Positions 35,635-48,513 of a stretch of DNA of 64,000 bases are shown piece after piece. The DNA is taken from positions 988,091 through 1,052,090 of the forward strand of contig RHPI01001737.1 in the NCBI GenBank assembly GCA_009103225.1, in the 5' to 3' direction. The stretch's first letter is position 1. The number at the start of each line of letters is the position of its first letter. The translations under genes and the position numbers were made by a program. Below the pieces are notes generated by a model, which did no database searches, was not told the DNA's origin, and worked only from the letters and a program-made list of their open reading frames with translations. The stretch comes from Chlorokybus atmophyticus. Taxonomy: Eukaryota > Plantae > Mesostigma and Chlorokybus algae.

Positions 35635-37270
35635 TTACTCTTTGTCCGCGCGCATGTTGCTGAAGGCCACTTTGGCCAGCTGCTTGGCCTTGTTGGCGGC
35701 TGTCTTGCCCTGCACAAGGCTGCGGCGGTAGCCGCTGCTGCTGCTGCCATTCCCACCAGGAATGGCCACCTCCTCCTCCTCTTCTTCCAATGCCATCAGA
35801 GCCGGCAGACGCGCACGGAACTCCTCCGCGCCGAAGATGTCCTCCACCTCTGCACATGGCACGACATCAGCGTGAGTGAGAGGTGACTGTTGTAGTACTA
35901 AACGACTGGGGGGTGGAGACGTGGTAATGTGTGCACGTACCGTAGTCTGCGTCGGTGCCGTAGAGGAGGCCGGCGCCGTGCTCGTTTGTGCCGTGGGTGA
36001 TGGGCTCGCCGTTGCTGTCGTAGCGGATGCGCATGGTTTGCCCTGCACGAGTTGAGCAACAGAGTGATTGATTGCGTGCGTGCGTGCTTGTGTGCACGCG
36101 CCTGTGCATGCTCCACTAGTACTATTGGAACGATGCACTGGGTGTCAAACAATCAACAACTGAAGAGTCACTCACCGAGGACTCCGTGCACAGTTTCAGA
36201 CAGGCCCATAGTGTCCGTCACGCCGAAGTTGACGTGCGCAATTTCAAACGAGACAGTCACTTCCAGGCCGATGTGCGGCGCCGTGACAACAACAGAACTC
36301 TCCGACACGCTCACGACCACGACGCCGATGGTGTTGCCATCCCCCTCCAGACGTGTGCCATTATTCCCAAGGAAAACACCACCATTGCCAAAAGCCGGCA
36401 ACCCTCCAGCAATCTCGCCCTTGTGCTGCACAGTAGGAAGGCACTTCTCAGGGCAACACGTGCACAAGACACCTCATTGGCGTGCGCGCGTGCATAGGTG
36501 TTCGCGTGCATGCGGCCATGTATGCGTGTACCTGGGCAACGAGGCGGACTGGAGTCTGGTGCGGTGCGGGGGCGGGGATCTCTATGGCGATGTCGGTCAT
36601 GTAGGTGTTGGCGGGGCGCGTGGGGATGCCGCCGGGCTCAGAGAAGTGTGCCGCTAGCCAGAATCCCGTCTCGGGATCGTACACCAGCGCGTAGTTGCGC
36701 CCCTTGCTCGCCTCCGTCTTTCCGGCTCCCTGTCAACGGCCCCAAGTCAGTTAACACGACAATAACAAGAAGCAAAGCAACAAAAACAGCAGGAGCAATG
36801 ACAGGAATCACGCCTGCCTGGAAATTGAACTGCTGGGAGTTGAAGCCGGAGAAGTGCGGGTCGTTGCAGCCGGCGGCAGACGTGACGGCATCACCACCGT
36901 TAGCAGCTTTCTTCTTGTCACAAGGGCATGAGCACTGGCAGTCGGGGACGACCTCGCAGTGCAGGCTGAGATTTTCATCGAGCACTTTCTTGCAGGAGAA
37001 GCCTTTGCAGGGGCCGGTGCATTGCTTTGTGTCTTCCGGACAGCCACAATCGCAGGAGGGTCCGAAGCAGGTGACGTAGCCGCCGCCGAAGTTACAGGCC
37101 GACAACGACGGGGAACTTTCGTTGATTTTATCGCACTTGGCATGGCTGGTGTCCGGCGAGCACGCCGCGGTGGCCGCGACGGGTAGCAGCAGCAGGAGCA
37201 AGGCCGCCACCACTGCCGCCAGCGACAAGGGGAGGAGGAGAGTTTTCCCTGTCATCACCACTCCCGCCAT
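35635..37270 (-). CDS. Secreted Cys-rich root-cap/VWD-like protein, copy 1 (best preserved)
   Basis: Signal peptide (LLLPLSLAAVVAALLLLLLPVAATAA), Cys-rich segment, GCNDPHFSGFNSQQFNFQ/G, RNYALVYD, VHGVLGQT, DY; 5 exons. The last junction was not resolved by eye. Confidence 0.7.
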
Positions 37271-37449
37271 GGTGAAGTGGCTTGGGCGCCTACCCGACAG
37301 AAGCACACACGATGCTTGCACTGCAGTGCTAGCAGCCTTGCTTCAACCCACTGACTCGCACACAGCAGCGCATGCACTGGTCTTGAATATATACATCAAG
37401 TAGCGGCAGCCAATGGGAGCAGCCCAAGGCCCAAGCAACGCTGCGTGCG

Positions 37450-39520
37450 TGCGGTGGTACTTGTTGGGCACGTCGCAGGCGCATCACGTGTCGGACAGTT
37501 TGATTCAGCAGCTGTAGTCCACCCACTGCTAGGGCTAGTAGTAGGCCTAGTTGACAGCAAGCAGGCAGCTGTAGGCCGCAACACGCCTTCGCGTGACTGC
37601 CCGCTGACACAGCAGCCCATTGACACCCCTGTAGATCTTTCCGTGGCGATTCCACGAGCAAAACTTGTACCGTCACCTACTAGTCAGCATGCATGACTAA
37701 TGACACGCAACACGTAAAGACAACATGCGCGACAACTTGCTAACAGGTTGTCTGCCCATCGGCTGCGCAAGACACCATTGCGCTTACCTCCATGGCACCC
37801 TGTCTTATGAGGGTGCCTTCCAAACAATTCACTAACCTCTTGCTTGGCGCGTGTGTGTTGCAAGGCCTCGCCTGGCTGTTTCCGCGCGTGGCCCAACTGC
37901 TGCGCGGGCCCACAGTGCAATAGGCCTCGTAGGCCTAGGCACGGCAGCACACTTTCTGCGATATTTGTGTGCCCGTTTTCAGCAGCATGGCCGAGCCCCA
38001 CAAGCCACGCGGGGCACGGCTCCCCAGTCGCTTTAGCGGTATTACTAAACTCGTGCGTTGGTGGTGATGTGCCATGCAGCGGCTTGCCTAAGTTGTACCA
38101 CCGCACAGCGCAGCAAGGGAGCGGAGTATCTTCCAATGATATGCTCCTGCAATGATCCGGTCGCCGGCCACATACGCGGGACACAACCGTCCGCCCGAGG
38201 CACCCGTCAAACTTGCTGCCGTTATCTGATAGCTACATGTAGGCGTGCTACGAGCGGTAGGGCGCCCGGGCAGCATTTAAGGGCGTATAATAGCGGCTTG
38301 CTTCAAAGCAGGCATTCTACACGACTGAAGTGTCATCGTCCTGATGTTAACACGAAAGCGTTGCGTTCAACCCGAGAGAAGCTCACAGGCCCCATTTCAG
38401 TGTTGAATCTTGCGTAATAGCCAATTTCGCTATTCAAACCGCAATCTGCTACCCACCAATTGCGATGCAACTTGCAGCCATCCGACCTTTTTATAGCAGC
38501 TGTCGGCGTTCGACGCTGCTGAACGAGACACCTTCGACACTTACATAGCGATCGCAACGTACCCGCTACCGTTGCCATCCAACTGATGTTGCCTGTGACA
38601 ATGGAAGGCATTGAAATTCGGAATTGTGCTGCGATGGCCCCAGCTGCTTTCATTAATGGTTGAGCAGCGGTTGCCTCCATCATTTGACGCAAGGTTATTC
38701 ATGATAAAAAGGGGCATCGTCCGCCCTTTTTATTGCGACTGATGAGGTGGCCATCGGCAGCTTGCAGTAGCAGGACCTGCGCTCGGCAATGACGTCGACG
38801 CTGTTGCCAACCACCTCTGATTAGAGCCGTTGCGTATGTCGCATTCGCTGCGGGTGAGTGTCGCCGCATACATGATAATCTTACCGGCAGGATACTACGA
38901 CGGCCTCTGTAATCATGGCGTCTTGTGTAGCAGCCGCAGCTATCTAATGATGAAACGAGGCTGCAGTCAGCGGCTTGCACAGAGACGGAAGCTTGGTTAT
39001 TGTGCGTGCCTGTGTGGAGGGAGTTGCAGACGTTTGAGTAGAGTTGCGCATCGCCGTCGCCATTCATTGCCTGCGGGGGCTACCACACATGCTACTGCCG
39101 GGCGTGCAAGCATGAGCGCTTGCGGCGAGGAGGTGCACGACGCGCTGTCCCAAAAGAGTCTTCATATTACGGACTGCATGCAGGAGGGACAGCATACGCG
39201 CGGTCACAATGTGGTGCGCGACTCACTGTGCTTTGCATTATAAATGTGCGAGGCAGGCTATTCCGTTAGCAAAAAGAGGTCGGCTACTTGCCAGACATCA
39301 TCGCGGGCGGTCGATGTTGCATGGACATCGTGACCGCGGAGATGGGTCGTGACAATCGTCTGCTGTTGGACGTCACTATCACACGCGCTCATGCTTTGCC
39401 GGAGCTGATGTGCGGGCGGCAGAGCATGCGAAGCACGCGAAATACAGCGATGGTCACCTGACGGACAGTGTCATGCGCGTGTGTGTCGGTGACGCAACGC
39501 ATTGGTTATTAAAGCTTTTA
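37450..39520 (+). mobile_element. Degenerate CRE/NeSL-like non-LTR retrotransposon 3' fragment (second copy at about 40294-42200)
   Basis: LPAGYYDGL (LP..GGLG-like), HITDC..QHTRGHNVVRDSL (CCHC-type), MDIV...LLLDVT...AAEHAKHAKY (restriction-like endonuclease motifs). RT motifs are barely recognisable. Confidence 0.55.
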
Positions 39521-42500
39521 GGGTCATATGTTATGAGTTGGGGCTAAGTTACAGTCAGCACATCGAGGTGTAACTCAATTGCGCTGGTATGACCCACATG
39601 TGACTGAAAATCGCTGGGTGTGACTAATTTGGCAGATGTATGGTAGTTATGGCAGCTAAAGTGGTTAAAACGGTTGTAGAGACATGGTAGAAAGGATATG
39701 TAAGTGTCCTTCACTTGTGTTGCAGCTACTCGAGCGCAAGTCCCTTTTTCTATTGGGAGTACTACTCCCAACAGAACAAGTAGCTGTATATTATAGAGCT
39801 ACTTAGAGAGGCTTCAAGACTTGGTTGGTCGTTGCCTTGGTTGTGTGCTTGCCTTGAGTGTGCACATGCTTGGATATGCTTATGTGTGAAGTGTATGAGC
39901 GTGTGCCACACCTTGTGAACGGACTTACCTCATCTCCCCATGCATCACATGCCAGTGTAGCAGCTCGTGCTTGAGTCTATGTTGGTTAAGACACGCGCTT
40001 GTTACTTGCGCTCAACTCATTGGCATCAAGGTGTGCGGGTGTTTGTGGTTGTGGAGGACGTGGAATGCCCGTGGAAACAAGGTCAGGAGCTGGCCTGAAG
40101 GAGCTTGAAGTTTCCTTGGAGGAGAGAGAAGTGTTGCCCAAGAAAGAGGTGCCTACTTCCCCGAGCCAAGGAGACTTCGAGGACGAGCCAGCCGGTGACA
40201 AGGAACACCACGAGAAGGTTGAAGAGGAGGAGTCAGGTCTGATGGACACTTTGTTGAAGACGGAGATGGCGGGTGAGTGCACGTGTTTTAGTGACACAGC
40301 AGCCCATTGACACCCCTGTAGATCTTTCCGTGGCGATTCCACGAGCAAAACTTGTACCGTCACCTACTAGTCAGCATGCATGACTAATGACACGCAACAC
40401 GTAAAGACAACATGCGCGACAACTTGCTAACAGGTTGTCTGCCCATCGGCTGCGCAAGACACCATTGCGCTTACCTCCATGGCACCCTGTCTTATGAGGG
40501 TGCCTTCCAAACAATTCACTAACCTCTTGCTTGGCGCGTGTGTGTTGCAAGGCCTCGCCTGGCTGTTTCCGCGCGTGGCCCAACTGCTGCGCGGGCCCAC
40601 AGTGCAATAGGCCTCGTAGGCCTAGGCACGGCAGCACACTTTCTGCGATATTTGTGTGCCCGTTTTCAGCAGCATGGCCGAGCCCCACAAGCCACGCGGG
40701 GCACGGCTCCCCAGTCGCTTTAGCGGTATTACTAAACTCGTGCGTTGGTGGTGATGTGCCATGCAGCGGCTTGCCTAAGTTGTACCACCGCACAGCGCAG
40801 CAAGGGAGCGGAGTATCTTCCAATGATATGCTCCTGCAATGATCCGGTCGCCGGCCACATACGCGGGACACAACCGTCCGCCCGAGGCACCCGTCAAACT
40901 TGCTGCCGTTATCTGATAGCTACATGTAGGCGTGCTACGAGCGGTAGGGCGCCCGGGCAGCATTTAAGGGCGTATAATAGCGGCTTGCTTCAAAGCAGGC
41001 ATTCTACACGACTGAAGTGTCATCGTCCTGATGTTAACACGAAAGCGTTGCGTTCAACCCGAGAGAAGCTCACAGGCCCCATTTCAGTGTTGAATCTTGC
41101 GTAATAGCCAATTTCGCTATTCAAACCGCAATCTGCTACCCACCAATTGCGATGCAACTTGCAGCCATCCGACCTTTTTATAGCAGCTGTCGGCGTTCGA
41201 CGCTGCTGAACGAGATACCTTCGACACTTACATCGCGATCGCAACGTACCCGCTACCGTTGCCATCCAACTGATGTTGCCTGTGACAATGGAAGGCATTG
41301 AAATTCGGAATTGTGCTGCGATGGCCCCAGCTGCTTTCATTAATGGTTGAGCAGCGGTTGCCTCCATCATTTGACGCAAGGTTATTCATGATAAAAAGGG
41401 GCATCGTCCGCCCTTTTTATTGCGACTGATGAGGTGGCCATCGGCAGCTTGCAGTAGCAGGACCTGCGCTCGGCAATGACGTCGACGCTGTTGCCAACCA
41501 CCTCTGATTAGAGCCGTTGCGTATGTCGCATTCGCTGCGGGTGAGTGTCGCCGCATACATGATAATCTTACCGGCAGGATACTACGACGGCCTCTGTAAT
41601 CATGGCGTCTTGTGTAGCAGCCGCAGCTATCTAATGATGAAACGAGGCTGCAGTCAGCGGCTTGCACAGAGACGGAAGCTTGGTTATTGTGCGTGCCTGT
41701 GTGGAGGGAGTTGCAGACGTTTGAGTAGAGTTGCGCATCGCCGTCGCCATTCATTGCCTGCGGGGGCTACCACACATGCTACTGCCGGGCGTGCAAGCAT
41801 GAGCGCTTGCGGCGAGGAGGTGCACGACGCGCTGTCCCAAAAGAGTCTTCATATTACGGACTGCATGCAGGAGGGACAGCATACGCGCGGTCACAATGTG
41901 GTGCGCGACTCACTGTGCTTTGCATTATAAATGTGCGAGGCAGGCTATTCCGTTAGCAAAAAGAGGTCGGCTACTTGCCAGACATCATCGCGGGCGGTCG
42001 ATGTTGCATGGACATCGTGACCGCGGAGATGGGTCGTGACAATCGTCTGCTGTTGGACGTCACTATCACACGCGCTCATGCTTTGCCGGAGCTGATGTGC
42101 GGGCGGCAGAGCATGCGAAGCACGCGAAATACAGCGATGGTCACCTGACGGACAGTGTCATGCGCGTGTGTGTCGGTGACGCAACGCATTGGTTATTAAA
42201 GCTTTTAGGGTCATATGTTATGAGTTGGGGCTAAGTTACAGTCAGCACATCGAGGTGTAACTCAATTGCGCTGGTATGACCCACATGTGACTGAAAATCG
42301 CTGGGTGTGACTAATTTGGCAGATGTATGGTAGTTATGGCAGCTAAAGTGGTTAAAACGGTTGTAGAGACATGGTAGAAAGGATATGTAAGTGTCCTTCA
42401 CTTGTGTTGCAGCTACTCGAGCGCAAGTCCCTTTTTCTATTGGGAGTACTACTCCCAACAGAACAAGTAGCTGTATATTATAGAGCTACTTAGAGAGGCT

Positions 42501-42980
42501 TCAAGACTTGGTTGGTCGTTGCCTTGGTTGTGTGCTTGCCTTGAGTGTGCACATGCTTGGATATGCTTATGTGTGAAGTGTATGAGCGTGTGCCACACCT
42601 TGTGAACGGACTTACCTCATCTCCCCATGCATCACATGCCAGTGTAGCAGCTCGTGCTTGAGTCTATGTTGGTTAAGACACGCGCTTGTTACTTGCGCTC
42701 AACTCATTGGCATCAAGGTGTGCGGGTGTTTGTGGTTGTGGAGGACGTGGAATGCCCGTGGAAACAAGGTCAGGAGCTGGCCTGAAGGAGCTTGAAGTTT
42801 CCTTGGAGGAGAGAGAAGTGTTGCCCAAGAAAGAGGTGCCTACTTCCCCGAGCCAAGGAGACTTCGAGGACGAGCCAGCCGGTGACAAGGAACACCACGA
42901 GAAGGTTGAAGAGGAGGAGTCAGGTCTGATGGACACTTTGTTGAAGACGGAGATGGCGGGTGAGTGCACGTGTTTTAGTG
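37605..42980. repeat. Near-identical 2687-bp tandem duplication
   Basis: All ORFs recur with offset 2687 (for example 37684/40371); a few SNPs; TG microhomology at 37605, 40292 and 42979. Confidence 0.97.
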
Positions 42981-45720
42981 GTCGGCCCGGCACATTGGAG
43001 CTGCAAGACTTCACCGATAGGTTTGAGTGTCCCATGATCAGCTGGTCTGCACGTGATAGGTCATGGAATGAGCACAAAGCAATCAAGATGCTGCCCCGAG
43101 ATCTTGGAGGATGAATCTTTGAACACGTGGAGGGAGTTCAAGAGAAAGTTTGAGACGAGAAGAGGTGTGTAGAGCTGATCATGGAGCTGAATTTGAGAAA
43201 GAGTGGACGAAGGTGCAGCCGAAGGTGAAGGAGTGCATGCTGTTGACACCGACGTCCGCAATTGACGCCGGTGAAGATGATGGAGCTGTTGTACTTCAAG
43301 CGCAAGGATGGTGAGACCCCTTGCATGATGTACACGACGTGGTGAAGTTGTTGGAGGACACGGAGCATGCGGTTGTATCGGACAAGATGGCCGCGGTGTT
43401 ATACTTGCGTGCGTTGGAGAATGGTTTGAGGGAGGCGGTGCAGACCGTGTTGCGAGGAGCGCATCACAAGGCGCAAGCTACACGCTTCGTGACTGACTTC
43501 TTCATTGCAGCCGAGAACGCTAAGCGGCAGCAAGAGTATGAGAAGAGCGTTAGTTCGATGGCGGAGGGCATGGCGACGCAGCTGTCGGGAGGTACCAAGC
43601 GCATCAATGCTGGCCGGCGCGATGGAGGGCAAGCTACAGTAACCAAGTCAGCCCCGTGAGGAGTGTGATGGTTGCAAACGGTGTTCCCATAAGTGCATGG
43701 CATGAGGAGCAGCAAACGGGAGTGTGTTGGAGGTGTGGAGAGGCGGGACACATAGCCAAGTACTGCCCAAAGAGGCAAGGTCTGGTGTGTTCATATTGTG
43801 GGAAGATGAGACATGATGACAATGGGTGTTGGAGCAAGCATCCGCACTTGCGTGCGGAGGTGCTGAGTGGCAAGATGATGACTAAGGCAGCACATTCAGC
43901 TCAGGCGGGGAGCTCACAAAGCCACGCGGAGCTGGTGTGCGTGCAAGCGGGGTGTCCGCGCTTGTTGCCGAGGTGGCGGAGTTGAAGGCGGCGCTGGCGG
44001 GGCTGCGCACGCAGCCGGAAGGCAAACAAGAGGGTGTTCAACAGGAGAAGGATGATGAGGATGGAGGTGTGTACGCGCATGTGGCGTATAGCGCGGCGTT
44101 GTGCAGCCCGTTGACATTTACGGCAACTACGGGGACTGCGCGCACTGCACCAGCACCTACGGCGGCGGTTTCGCCCTACATGCGAGGCAAGGGGGTCCGT
44201 GTTGCAGCCTCAGAGGTGTGTAAAGTTGTTGGGGGTGAGGTGAGGAACTGTTCACACCAACTGGTGCGCGTTCACGCGCGACATTCGCACTTGTGACGGC
44301 GACGGCGGGAGGCCATGCGCCTACGCCAGCCATGGAGGTGTCGGCGTCAACGGCGTTGACATTGCCTTTGGTGAGGAGGTTCATGAGGGTGGAGCAGCAT
44401 GAAGGCATGCTTATCGATGTGAAGAACGATGTGGATGAGGGGAAGATGCAGTGCATGAAGGTTTGGCATGGTTGTTGGAGACGGCGAGTGCGCAAGTCAT
44501 CCGTATATACGCGCACGACATGAAGGTGACAACGACGGCGCATGCGGATGCAAGTGTAGTCCATGAGCTGGCGGGAACGCTTCTCCATCAGCCCATGTTG
44601 AGGCTGAAGGATGTCGGATGCACTTTGGAGCCTTTGGAGTGCGTGTTGGGCACATGTTGAAGCCTGTGACACCAACTGACGCAGCTACGCAAGTCACTTT
44701 GGATAGCGAGGCAGAAGGGAAGAGTGAGGAGGGTTTAGGGCAGCCCTTCATGAAGAAAAGAAACTCCATGCCGCAACTGATGGGCAAGAGGAGGCAGTCA
44801 CACCCATTGTGGAGGTAGCAAACGGCATGCACACGGAGGTGGTGGAAGAGCCGGTGCAGGTAGACTTGTCGGCGGCGTTGTCCAGATCGGATGCGCGGCT
44901 TCATGTTGTTGCGACGTTGGCAACGGTGGACAACACACATGGTCATGTGCAGCTGAAGGAGTACACACCTGAGCGCATACTCGTGGACACATGTGCGCAA
45001 CCGGTTATACTTGGAGCGAGAGCGGCGGCGCGCATGGGGTTGCAGCCGAAGGATTGAGGGCCATGTCCGTGGCATCTTAAGACAGCTAGAGGAGAGGTTG
45101 AGGCTGTGTTTGCCGTAACATAAGAACCCGTGCAGATTCAATTGACTGCACATGGTGGAGGGCCAACCACTCTTGGTGTTCATTGCCTTAACACGGAGGG
45201 GGGGAGCTATGATGTGCTATTGGGGCAGGAGTTCTTGTATCCAGTGGGAGGAGGAGTGGACAACTGGTTGGAGCAGGGCTTTTTCAGACCGGGATGGGAG
45301 CATGGTGATGGTGAGAAGGCATTCTTTCCGTTACGCGTGAGAGAGGTTGAGGAGGCTCGAAGCGAGGGGGTGGACGGATGCGATGGTGCGTGTGGATGAA
45401 GGCGCGTGAGGAGGTCAGCTGGCATTCTCGGGTCGTGAACACCAGCTGAAGGGGGTGTAATACGCGCTTGTTGTGAGTGTTGTGTCATGTGTATGAGTAT
45501 GTACACTAGTGGGGCAGCTTCGGGAGGATCCTGAGCTAGCAGACATGCATGGAGGAAGCTACAACATGTGAAGGTGGAAAAGGTGCAGCATGATGAGGCC
45601 ATAACGAGCTGGTGGACGACATCCTCGCGCAACGATNCCGGTAGGAGGGAGTGGACAGCTGTTTGAAGCAAGGCTTCAAGGCCCTCTCTCATGTTAGGAT
45701 GGGAGCATGGTGATGATGAG
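42215..45720 (+). mobile_element. Degenerate Gypsy-like element: putative LTR, gag with two zinc knuckles, protease; truncated
   Basis: CWRCGEAGHIAKYC and CSYCGKMRHDDNGC; LVDTCAQ...YDVLLG retropepsin-like. LTR limits are uncertain (starts TGTTATG at 42215 and 39528). Confidence 0.7.
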
Positions 45721-46898
45721 AAGCATAGTAGCACTATACGGTATACGAGTATTCTTTAAGCAGCTGAGTATACAAGTATGTTATAGTATTCCGTCAAGAA
45801 TAATGGAAAATTAAGATGCAATACGGGTTTTCATTATTTATCTATCCTAAATGCATTAAGCAACACAAGAATTTTTCCCATCCATTTACTTGCATGCCTT
45901 TGCACATGTCGATAACATCAAATTGTTATGGCATCATGTAACACTGCACATGACTTATGGGTGCAATGTCACATGCTTGTGCATAAATTCAGCTTCATGA
46001 ATCATTGCTTGAAATTTAATAAAGTATTCATCTGGGCTTGCAATGAGATGATGGTTAATGTTAGTAATAAGCTTATTCGACTTGAGACGTTTGCCTGCTC
46101 TACTAGATCAGATTTTGGCAGTGAGGCTCAGCCGTGGATGAGAATCCTCATCAAGGCTGTGCGTACTAGCATAGCCTTACAATACGGTGCGAAATGCACA
46201 ACTGACGACTAAGAGTGCGCACAAGACCACGTGAGCGATAGCTGCCACGTGGATGGCGCTGCCCTTAGTGTCACCGTCAGCTACACCACAACAGCTCTGC
46301 TGAAGGTGGTGGCGACGGCGGCGGCGGCAGCGCGGGTGGGTGGGTTGGTTGCGCACTTGATCAAGCACGACGTTGATGGCGCCCATAGCGCCAACAAGAA
46401 CAAGAATAACTGCTGCGGTTTTAGCCACAGCAGTTGTTCACTTGCCAAGCTTGGCAAGGCTGCCAGCTGCCTTGCTCCTGGGCACCGCCCATCACGCCGG
46501 CATCGCTGGCTACGGCGGCGTTATGCCCGAGGGGCAAGATGACGCGACTGCACACAACAGGTGCGCACAAGCATGCTGTTCTTGTGCGTCCTCAGACGCA
46601 GCAAGAGCATGCTTACAGAGAGACACTCGCTAGCCAATAGGCTAGCGAGTTTCATGCGTGAACATCGGGGCTTGCAATTAGATGACGGTTAATGTTGAAA
46701 ACAAGCTGACTTAGCTTGAGACGTTTGCTTGCTCTATTAGATCAAATTTTGGCAGTGAGGCTCAGCCGTGGATGAGAATCCTCATCAAGGCTGTGCGTAC
46801 TAGCATAGCCAATTTTCACAACACACTCACTGCCAAATTTTTACCACTCGCAGGCTTACAATAGCTTAGCCGTTGAGGCTTATGGCCGTACGCTGCGA

Positions 46899-47960
46899 GT
46901 GGCAGCATTGGGTCACAAGGAGAAGCCCCGAGTGGGGACCCAGCATAGCCGAGAACAGCTGTTAGCAGCTGTAGCCGCATCACAGAAGATTAGCATGCAT
47001 GCTACTGGTGCAGAGCACCAACGTGCCAACACTGTAGCATGGAGAGAGCTTGCTGAATTCATGCAAGGACACGGGGAGAGTGTGTTTTCTGTGGGGCCAC
47101 ATTTTGTACGCGCATACCTGCACGGGCATTGGTTGTCTATGCACGGAGCACGAGCTCGGTGTATACAACATACAACAGATCTAGTGACTCGTGCGTAGCA
47201 GCTGGCTTATTACGCAATGTTGTCAACCACCTAGCCAATGGCTACGTCACACTAGGCCGAGGACATTCTTGGGATCCTGTACAACTTGTTGGCAATCCTT
47301 GCAGAGCACTGGAGATACAAGATTACTTGAAGGGATATCAACGCGTGCTGGTGGCTAAAGGATGGCGCCCTCGACAGGCTCAACCCCAGAGCGAGAGCCA
47401 CATTCATCAACTTTTGCAACATATGACACAACGGATAGGCAAGGCTATTGGCGTGCCTCTGCTGCTGATGCGAGACCGTTTGTTATATGTGTACCTGTGG
47501 AGCATGTGGCAACGAGGGGGAGAAGGCTGCAAGGTGCTCGTGGACAACGTCGTGAGCAACTCCGACGGAGTGCTCGGGCAACCCATTTCACAAGAGTTGG
47601 AAGGATCAAGTTGCACTATGCATTCTTGTGTGGACGAAACACAGCAGGAGTGCAGTTTACCCGTGAGTTGGAAGAGTTCTTGGCAGGGGCTACTGCTTGT
47701 GGTATGCCATTGGGCACAGGTTACATCTTCCGTGGCTTGCACTAGAATAGGCGCTCCTGGTTGCAACAACCGCTCAGCTATGCTGCTGCTAACAAGGCAT
47801 TCAAGCAGCACTTGCATGATAGCGGTGTGTACATAGAGGCAGCTCTGCATAGCTTTCGACGGGGAGGGGCTCAACACGGCCTTGCGGCATGACTGTTGAT
47901 GAGATGCAAAGACAAGGAGCATGACGAACAACCCACATGGTCACATATTACACGCAGGTG
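46899..47960 (+). pseudogene. Tyrosine recombinase, antisense to RT
   Basis: GNPC..LEIQDYLKGY, LMRDRLLY...WQRGGE (catalytic Arg region), LHSFRRGGAQH at about 47845; frameshifts. Confidence 0.8.
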
Positions 47961-47976
47961 AGTAAGTGAGAGGCAT

Positions 47977-48513
47977 TTACAATTTTATTAACATAGCCAC
48001 ATGTACAAAACGCCCAGGGTTATCAATATGATCTGGCACTCTAGAGCCTTTCATAAAGAGTCTATCTCCCGCTCTAAAGAACACAGAGTCACGCACAAGC
48101 AGCTGCATTAGCTGCACCCACCATGGCTTGTGCACCCATTCGGGTACAATTATTACACAATTGCGTTGATGGTGCACTACCAGGCGCACCGCCAAGGTGA
48201 CCAGAGCCAGCGGAGGGAGCACCCAAGCCAAGCCTTCGGTGGCAACGCACCAATCCGAGGTAATAGCGTTACCAGCAGAACCAGGGCAGGCAGCCGCAGC
48301 GAAGAACAAATGTGCCTTGGCGTTAGCCTCCGACGCAAAGCAATCTAAGGTCGGTTGACCCCATCTGCTGATGAGCAGGTGCGCCGGTGCCGGCGCCCAG
48401 CTCCAGTCGCCAGTGTCTGGCGCTCGCTCGAGAAGGCATCCGCCTCTTGCAGGCAGGCCCGCGGTTGCCAGCAGCAGTGCAGCTGCCAGTCCTGCTGCCA
48501 CAACACTTCCCAC
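47977..48513 (-). CDS. DIRS-type Dam-like N6-adenine methyltransferase domain
   Basis: LDCFASEANAK..FF, GNAITSDW, AWVLPPLALV, VIIVPEW..KPWW: the pattern typical of DIRS MT domains. Confidence 0.75.
   Translation of the reverse strand: MGSVVAAGLAAALLLATAGLPARGGCLLERAPDTGDWSWAPAPAHLLISRWGQPTLDCFASEANAKAHLFFAAAACPGSAGNAITSDWCVATEGLAWVLPPLALVTLAVRLVVHHQRNCVIIVPEWVHKPWWVQLMQLLVRDSVFFRAGDRLFMKGSRVPDHIDNPGRFVHVAMLIKL

Noticed and set aside
46984-46997. 14-nt match to U6 snRNA (AGAAGATTAGCATG)
   Set aside because: The flanks do not match U6, and the match lies inside the recombinase reading frame; treated as chance.
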